Assembly (NCBI RefSeq): GCF_000485595.1
Contig: NW_014577068.1
Span: forward strand, 1,542,130-1,570,686
Direction: 5' to 3'
Length of the DNA stretch: 28,557 nucleotides
DNA from: Priapulus caudatus
Taxonomy: Eukaryota
The position numbers were made by a program, and so were the translations under genes. The notes beneath the pieces were generated by a model. That model saw nothing but the letters and a program-made list of their open reading frames with translations. It was not told the DNA's origin and made no database searches. Shown here piece after piece: positions 21,760 to 28,557 of the stretch. Each line of letters begins with the position of its first letter. The first letter of the stretch is position 1.

Positions 21760-22857
21760 TTAATGTTTCTATACTCTCTTTCACCTATTATTGCCGACAG
21801 TTTCCTGTCAATTCCGTCCAAATCCTACGTCCAACCCGGTGTCCGGTCATCTCTGTTCATCTGCCAACTCAGTTAGCCGGCGAACCGAGCTGTCCGATCT
21901 CCAGACGCGTCACCTTGGTTCACGAACCGAGTTGACACGAGAGCGTCCAACCATATACGCTGCCGGCGCCATTGCTTTCGCGGCGCGACTGTTGCACGCT
22001 TACACTAATGGTAATATATATAGCAGGTAGGAAAGCGCGATCGCAAAATTCGCTCGACGCTCGCTGGATTTCACACTTTCACAGCACCAATACACAACCA
22101 ACAGCTTCCATCTTTGTTTCTCTTTCAACAACAGTGTTCACTTGTTATAAAAACATAATGTCTCTGTTCGTAACTGAGCTGTGTCACGCGAAATCACACA
22201 AAGATTGACGAAATTCTCGCGTTCGCGAACCTTGGCCTGTAATGTAAATGGCTGCAAGTACAGGGCTATATATAGACTGGGACTCGCTCGCACCTCGATT
22301 ACCCATCGAGTGACTAAGCTAAGCCAAGAGGTGGGAGTGGCCGCCAGTCTATGGGCTATAGGCGGCGCGCAGGCGGCGCACTGCTTTCCAACTCCCGTAC
22401 AAGCCTCGCCATTGGAACTTTGCAAAAACGTTGGAGCGTTGCGGCGCAAGAATGAGGTCACGAAGAGCGCCGGTGGGCGTTTCCTGATTCTGACAGACAT
22501 TTACATTACAGGGCAAGGTTCGCGAACGCGAGAATTTCGTCAGTCTTTGTGTGATTTCACGTGACACAGCTCGTTTACGAACAGAGACATTATGTTTTTA
22601 TAACAAGTGAACACTGTTGTTGAAAGAGAAACAACGATGGAAGCTGTTGGATGTGTATTGGTGCTGTGAAAGTGCGAAATCCAGCGAGCGTCGAGCGAAT
22701 TTTGCGATCGCGCTTTCCTACCTGCTATATATATTAGTATAAGCGTGCAACAGTCGCGCCGCGAAAGCAATGGCGCCGGCAGCGTATATGGTTGGACGTA
22801 GCATTTGGACGGAAGACTGTCGGCAATAATAGGTGAAAGAGAGTATAGAAACATTAA
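21760..22857. mobile_element. Large fold-back element: inverted arms of about 360 bp (21760-22250 and 22498-22857) around a GC-rich spacer of about 250 bp
   Basis: The arms are near-identical reverse complements, which explains the mirrored ORFs 21972-22208(+)/22540-22863(-) and 22181-22564(+)/22349-22567(-). Outer ends are not resolved. Confidence 0.88.
21837..21943. mobile_element. 107-bp insertion with 9-bp TSD CGTCCAACC in the left arm of the fold-back element
   Basis: CGTCCAACC at 21828-21836 and 21944-21952. The right arm has a single GGTTGGACG and lacks the insert. Confidence 0.8.
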
Positions 22858-23190
22858 AGGCATAATAGGCCCATCGATTATGCAATTTTAACGAATGCTA
22901 GAGTAACTGGCACCTTGTGTAGTTAATAAGTACATTACCTTATAGCCAAACGCGTATTCGTTTGTCCAATATCACTGCTGGTTACTAAGAAATGTCTAAT
23001 TGAAATCCACAGTCCACGAAATCAGTTGACTGACTTGTTTACAGTTTCGAAACCCCATACTTCGAAACGGGTGTGATACAGATTTATAGTCCACCGGACA
23101 TTTTCGCACGCATGCAAAAACGCACGCACGCATGCATTTTCGCTCGGCCGTACGCAATGCTAGCGATAGTACAGTACCGTAACTGTATAA

Positions 23191-26100
23191 TCCGGCAGTA
23201 CCCTGGGGGACATAGACCCTATGAGCGTTAGTGCTGAGTGATAGTATCAGTAGTGTAATTGTTAGATTCAAGGCATAGCAAAACAAGGACCACAATGTAA
23301 ATAAGTGTGCTAGTCATGCTTTTCGTGTATATATATTCTTGGTAGTTATCCAATTTTATGAATTCAAAATTCTATTGTAAAAGTATGCTATGTATTGTAT
23401 ATGATGGATAATTGCCTAAATAAAAAAAAATAAAAAAACACTTGGCTTACTTGGTGTTGAACAACTCTTCACCTATGTAAAGCCACCTGAATAGTTTACT
23501 CAATTTCGAACACATAAATTTTTGAGAAGTACTTATTTCTCTCATCCGAACAATTCAATTGAAGTATCAGTGTCTGTTACACTTCTAGTTCTAGGGGCAA
23601 TCACAAATAATCATAATTCATTAATTGATACGATTATTACTAATACTTTATAAACAAACGCACGTCCAATTGGTTGTGTAAACTTACTTCAATCACAACC
23701 CACATGATTACGGATCCTTCAACCCATGATTACATCACCTTAATTTAACTGACTTCAGATTGGCAGACTTTTAAAGTTCACGCATAACACAGGCGTTATT
23801 TTAAACGCGGTGGCTGAAGGTACGGCAGCCGTATCTTAATGTCTCGAGGCTACGAGTACGGCAGTCCACTTGCGCATGCGTCGCTTTCCCACACCATAGA
23901 TTATTTTTGGTACTATGACACGCGTATATAAGATAGCTGAGTCGGTTTAGAGTTAGTGTTAGGGTTAGGGTTAGGGATAGGGTGACTGTTTGTACTTGTG
24001 TGTGGGATCGCTTCTTCTCTGAATTGCTAATTCTCATTTATTATTTTTTTTTATTTAGAATTCGGATCAGTGTAGGTTAGATGCATTAGGCTTGGGTTAG
24101 GTTAGCCTCAGAAAGGTTCTAATATCACAACTTTCAAGCTTAGGTCTGAGGCCAGTGCGTAGCGCTTTCCTTGGATAAGTAATAGCCCTTATCGCACAAT
24201 CGCATTACAATATTCACCACGATGGCGCCCCGCCGCAACGCCATCGATATATGTGCAAAAGGTTGGCAACGATCGCGCTCATAGAATATATGCACGGAGA
24301 GTACGATAGGACAAGCATACTAACTATCATATCTCCCAAACGAGTTAGACTTACATCTCTCAGAAATCTAGAGAATAATAGCAACATGTCTGAGCTATAA
24401 TCTCTTAAATTTTAAGATTTTGTCGAAGCACTAGCTTAATTAATCTACTCAATATATGCCGAACGGTAATCTGCTATAGGCGCCTATGCTGCAGCGCCCG
24501 ATACGCACGGTCTATGGTGATCAGGAAAGCGATACCAACTCATTACATCTGCAAACGAGTGACCTTACACTTTCCTAGATAATCCATAAGGAACTATAGA
24601 CACAATGTCCTTAGCCTAGAAATCTCTGTGAATAGAAAACACAAACTGTCAGTTTGCTTGAAGTCACGACTCTAGTCTAATTAATACTCAAAGATATCAT
24701 CACCGCTTATCGCCGCATAGTCCCTAATCTTGCGTGCCGCTATACCGCACGACCTTGGGCTAATAGAAAGCGATACTAACCTCATTCATATCTGCTAATG
24801 AGTCGAGTTAAGTTTCCTAGAACGTTAGTCATGAATATCAGACACAATGCTTACCTATACACTCTCCTCGAAACAATTTCAGTTCTGTATGAAGCCCACG
24901 ATTAGTTAATACATTACCCAAATAGGATCGCGAACCCTATATCGCGCCATGCATTACTGACGCCTATCTGCTTGGCATCAACCGGCCTGCCTAACCGCTC
25001 GTCGCCGCGCCGCCCGCTTAGTAATGCCCCCTGTTTCTATATCCCATTGACGCCATTCGCGTGGCGATTGCGATAAGTTTATTCGTGACCCGTGTTTTCG
25101 ACCCAATACAGTTATTTATTTTCTATGCTTGCTGTACGCTTCTATTTTATTTGTCGCATTTAGTTTTCGCTTAACTGCTGTTTATGTCTCAATCTAAAAT
25201 ATATTTCTTTACTCTTTCTTGCATTATAAAAATGGCTCCCTATTATTATATTCCTTTCACAGGACCAGAACTGCAGAAGCGAAAGAAAAAAAGTGTTCAT
25301 AATCTTAATGTATATATATATGAAGTATTTATATATATAACACTTTTTTTTCGCTCAGGTCCCCTGCGTCCTGTTAAATGTTCGGAAACTGACCAATCAG
25401 ATAAGAGAGCCGCGTTTTAGTGTTTAGTTTTTAGGACTCCGAAACCGGTGTCCGTCGTTTAGACACTGCACTGCCTATTTAACAGATGTGCCATGCCTAC
25501 ATATGCCCGCTCCGGCACTGCTCTTCGATATCTCTAAATGCCCGGCATTTTTAATTTTCCACGTACCCAAGTTAACAAGTTAGGTTTTAGAATATCCTAC
25601 TAACCACAGCTATTTTAAAGTTAACTATGTAGTTGTAGCGTTTATCAAAACCGCGTAAGCAACATAAAACAACATCGCTCCAGCGAGATCAGTTAGTCCG
25701 CCAAAATGTAATGAAGCCAATGAAATAATATGCAGTTTATTATATATACGATGTAGTCTATTAGCTCTTGGGTGCATACATAGTGCTGAACGGCTAGTAG
25801 GGTACATGCATATAAATCAAGTTTAGCACCTAAAAAGTTAAAACGTAAAACAAACTCACAGCATCGGATTCTCCTATCTTAAAGACCTCAGCTAAGAACG
25901 CCATATGAGTAGCAGACTACTGCCAACAAAAGAACGTTCTGTGAATGTCGTTTTGTTTGCTCGTCGTGTTGTGTGTCACATCGGCTGAGAAAGTTAATTT
26001 ATCTCAAACTGGGTATTAACAAACTTAACATAATGCTAGCATTGTTCTTATAGAAATATGTTAACATTATATACTATATTGTTATACTTAATCAGACTGC

Positions 26101-28003
26101 TCTAGGTTGTAGTATGATTAGCTCCAAGAACGTTACGTTATGCCTACAAATTACAATGCTACGGGCGCTCGGGTCCACACCACAGGCACTGAAGCGTGTC
26201 AATAAATATAAATAAATGCCTATCTAAATACGATAATCTATTTACTACCAATCTTAATGTTTCTCTATACTCTCTTTCACCTTTAATGCCGCTTTCCTGT
26301 CAATTCCGTCATATCCTACGTACACCCTCGGTCCGATCATCTTCGTTCATCTGCCAAACTCTAGTAGCCGAGCGAACACTGCATCTCCAACCGCGTCACC
26401 TTGCGTTCAACGAACGTTGACACCGAGAGGTCCAACCATATACGCTTGCCGCGCCATTGGCTTTCGCGGCGCCGATGTTGCCAGCTTACCACTAAGGGTA
26501 ATATATCATACAGTAGGATCATAGCTGCGATCGCAAAATTCTCTCGACGCCTCGCTGATTTCACACTTTCACAGCACCAATATCAACAACCAACAGCTTC
26601 CATCTTGTTCTCTCGTTCAACAACAGGTTCACTTGCTTATAAAAACATAATGTCTCTTTCTGTAACTGAAGCTGTGTCACGCCGAAATCACACAAAAGAT
26701 ATGACAAATTCTCGGTTCCCGAATCCTTGCCTGTATGTAAATGGCCTTGCAAGTACAGGCGCTATAGATAGACTGGGATCTCTCGCACCTCATGACCCAT
26801 TCGAACAGTAACCAAGAGGTGGCAGTGGACCGCCAAGTCTATGGCTATACGGCGCCCGCAGCCGCGCACTGCGTTTCCAACTTCCCCCTACAAACCTCGC
26901 CATTGAACTTTGCAAAAACGTTGGAGCGTATTCGCGCAGAATGATGCCTTCAACGAAGAGCGCCGGTGGGCGTTTCCTATTCTGGACAGACAATTTACAT
27001 TACAGGCAAGTTCGCGAACGGCTGAGAATTTCGTCAGTCTTTGTAGTGATTTACGTAACACAGTCTTCGTTTACGAACAGATACATTATGTTTTTATAAA
27101 ACGTGAACACTGTTGTTAAAGAGATAACAAACGAGGATTAGCTGTTGATGTGTAGTCGTCTTGTGAAAGTGCCGAATCCAGCGAGGTCTTGATTTGCAAT
27201 TTTGCCGATCAAACTTTCCTACGCGTATATATATTATATAAGCGTCCAACAGTCCGCCGCAAAAAGCATGCGCGTATTGCAGCGTCAGGGGACTCGAATT
27301 AAGCGACGAGAACGAGCAAGGCCAATTTTTTACGCAGTGTGAGAAATATGCCTCTGATGAATTTTTCTCTAAAAGGTAAGGCACAGAGGCAATTTTAAAA
27401 TGCATCCAATGCAAATCTCAAAATTTGAAGAAGTGCCACAAGCACTTTTGTAAAATAAAAGGAAAACTCATAACAAATTAGTACAATTCAACATCGTCTT
27501 GCTTTAATGTATCAAATACAATATGCCCCCATTGTAAGCTTCACATCTCGTAAACACTGACCCCTCTACCCCCCGCTGCTAATGGAAGAATAGTATACAT
27601 GAAATTTTACATGCCCCTATCAGGCAGTAATAATTATCTTCGATCTATTATTCCCTCCTGCCCCGACTACGGTTTCAAAGCTCATATTGCCACTACATCA
27701 ACGCAACGCGCACGTTTATGTTGATTCGACTAAAACGAAACTTAGGCCAATAGATTAAAGGCTACGACAAGCAATTTACACAAAAAGGGCTCAGGCACAG
27801 GTGACTGCCGTCCGCGCGATTGGATTTCACGGGCAGTACGGCAATGATACGGCACCGACGTCAATTCCGTCCGGTGCCGCTCCGTTTAATTCGACCCTAG
27901 TTGGCATTATTATTGTTGGACGGAAGACTTCGGCGAATACATATGAAAGAGAGATATAGACAACATTAAGAATTTGGTAGTAAATAGATTTCGTATATTT
28001 TAG
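23191..28003 (+). repeat. Direct tandem duplicate of about 15654-22857 (second copy, error-rich)
   Basis: 23191-24007 matches 15654-16465 almost exactly. About 24010-27285 matches about 19380-22790 with many small indels. About 27915-27970 matches about 22805-22857. Confidence 0.9.
27286..27900. mobile_element. Second, noisy copy of the 18254-18850 hAT element, inserted in the right arm of the duplicated fold-back element
   Basis: Starts CAGGGGACTCGAATTAAGCGACGAGAA, ends TTAATTCGACCCTAG, and is collinear with 18254-18850. Confidence 0.8.
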
Positions 28004-28557
28004 GGGCCATCAGGCCCATAGTACTGCAGTGTCGTCCCATACACCGGTTGACAGTTTAGCACTGCACATGCGCTAAGCCTAGGTAAAGTCGCCGGAGAGT
28101 TTCCGCTCCCAGAAGTCGCCGTATAAAATTCTGTTACTCGTGTAAAACGTCTGTAGTGTGAAAGGCGTTCAAACGGATCGTATGCCTCTAAGAAAGACTT
28201 TGCAGCGATGAATTGGCCACGTTGTGGCTGTAGCCTGCAGGTGCATGATTTGTTCTTTTATAACCTTCAGTGCCAGGCATTTAGCCGCCATACACTGCTA
28301 TCCCCCCACGTCACTGCACGGGGCCCCACCGCAATCTCCCTCGAACTCGCCCTCGCCGAGAAGCAAGCTGTGGTTAGTAGCTCCTTTTTATTAAATTTCG
28401 CTGCAAAACGCATCGAGTTCTTGCAGCCAGAAATGGAAAAAATCGTGTCGTACTTTTAGTCTTATTATATCGATTTTGTGTATACGAGCGAAAGACGATT
28501 GCACGATGCCTAGGCGATATTTAACGTGTACCATTGAGTAAAGTTGATGAGTTATGC

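Noticed and set aside
21791..22863. Paired, near-identical ORFs on opposite strands
   Set aside because: They are a by-product of the DNA palindrome, have no known motifs, and their frames are not preserved in the duplicate copy.
28208..28459. 83-aa ORF at the right edge
   Set aside because: No recognisable motif, and it adjoins error-rich repeat sequence.

Overview
Eukaryotic (animal, probably invertebrate) genomic DNA. Bases 1-8 kb hold the 5' two-thirds of a minus-strand, multi-exon long-chain fatty-acyl-CoA ligase of the ACSL1/5/6 family. I traced ten coding exons with GT-AG sites and consistent phases from 7432 down to 108, and the gene continues past the left edge. A candidate upstream exon at 7775-7976 would add a 72-aa N-terminal extension. 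The introns contain MITEs, a HINE-like element and microsatellites. From 8.2 kb onward the window is transposon-rich. It contains a GC-rich CTG-repeat island, an internally deleted ISL2EU-like DNA transposon with relics of two convergent genes (THAP and SWIM), a decayed CR1-type LINE, and many nested non-autonomous elements with clear TSDs. About 15.65-22.86 kb is repeated in tandem at 23.19-28.0 kb. The second copy is error-rich and differs by reciprocal insertions and a deletion, so it is most likely a second haplotype or a poorly polished duplicate. I cannot support a new enzymatic or defence system from this sequence. The most interesting items are the two-gene transposon relic, the in-window filled and empty insertion sites, the candidate long ACSL isoform, and one exon with anomalously high GC3.
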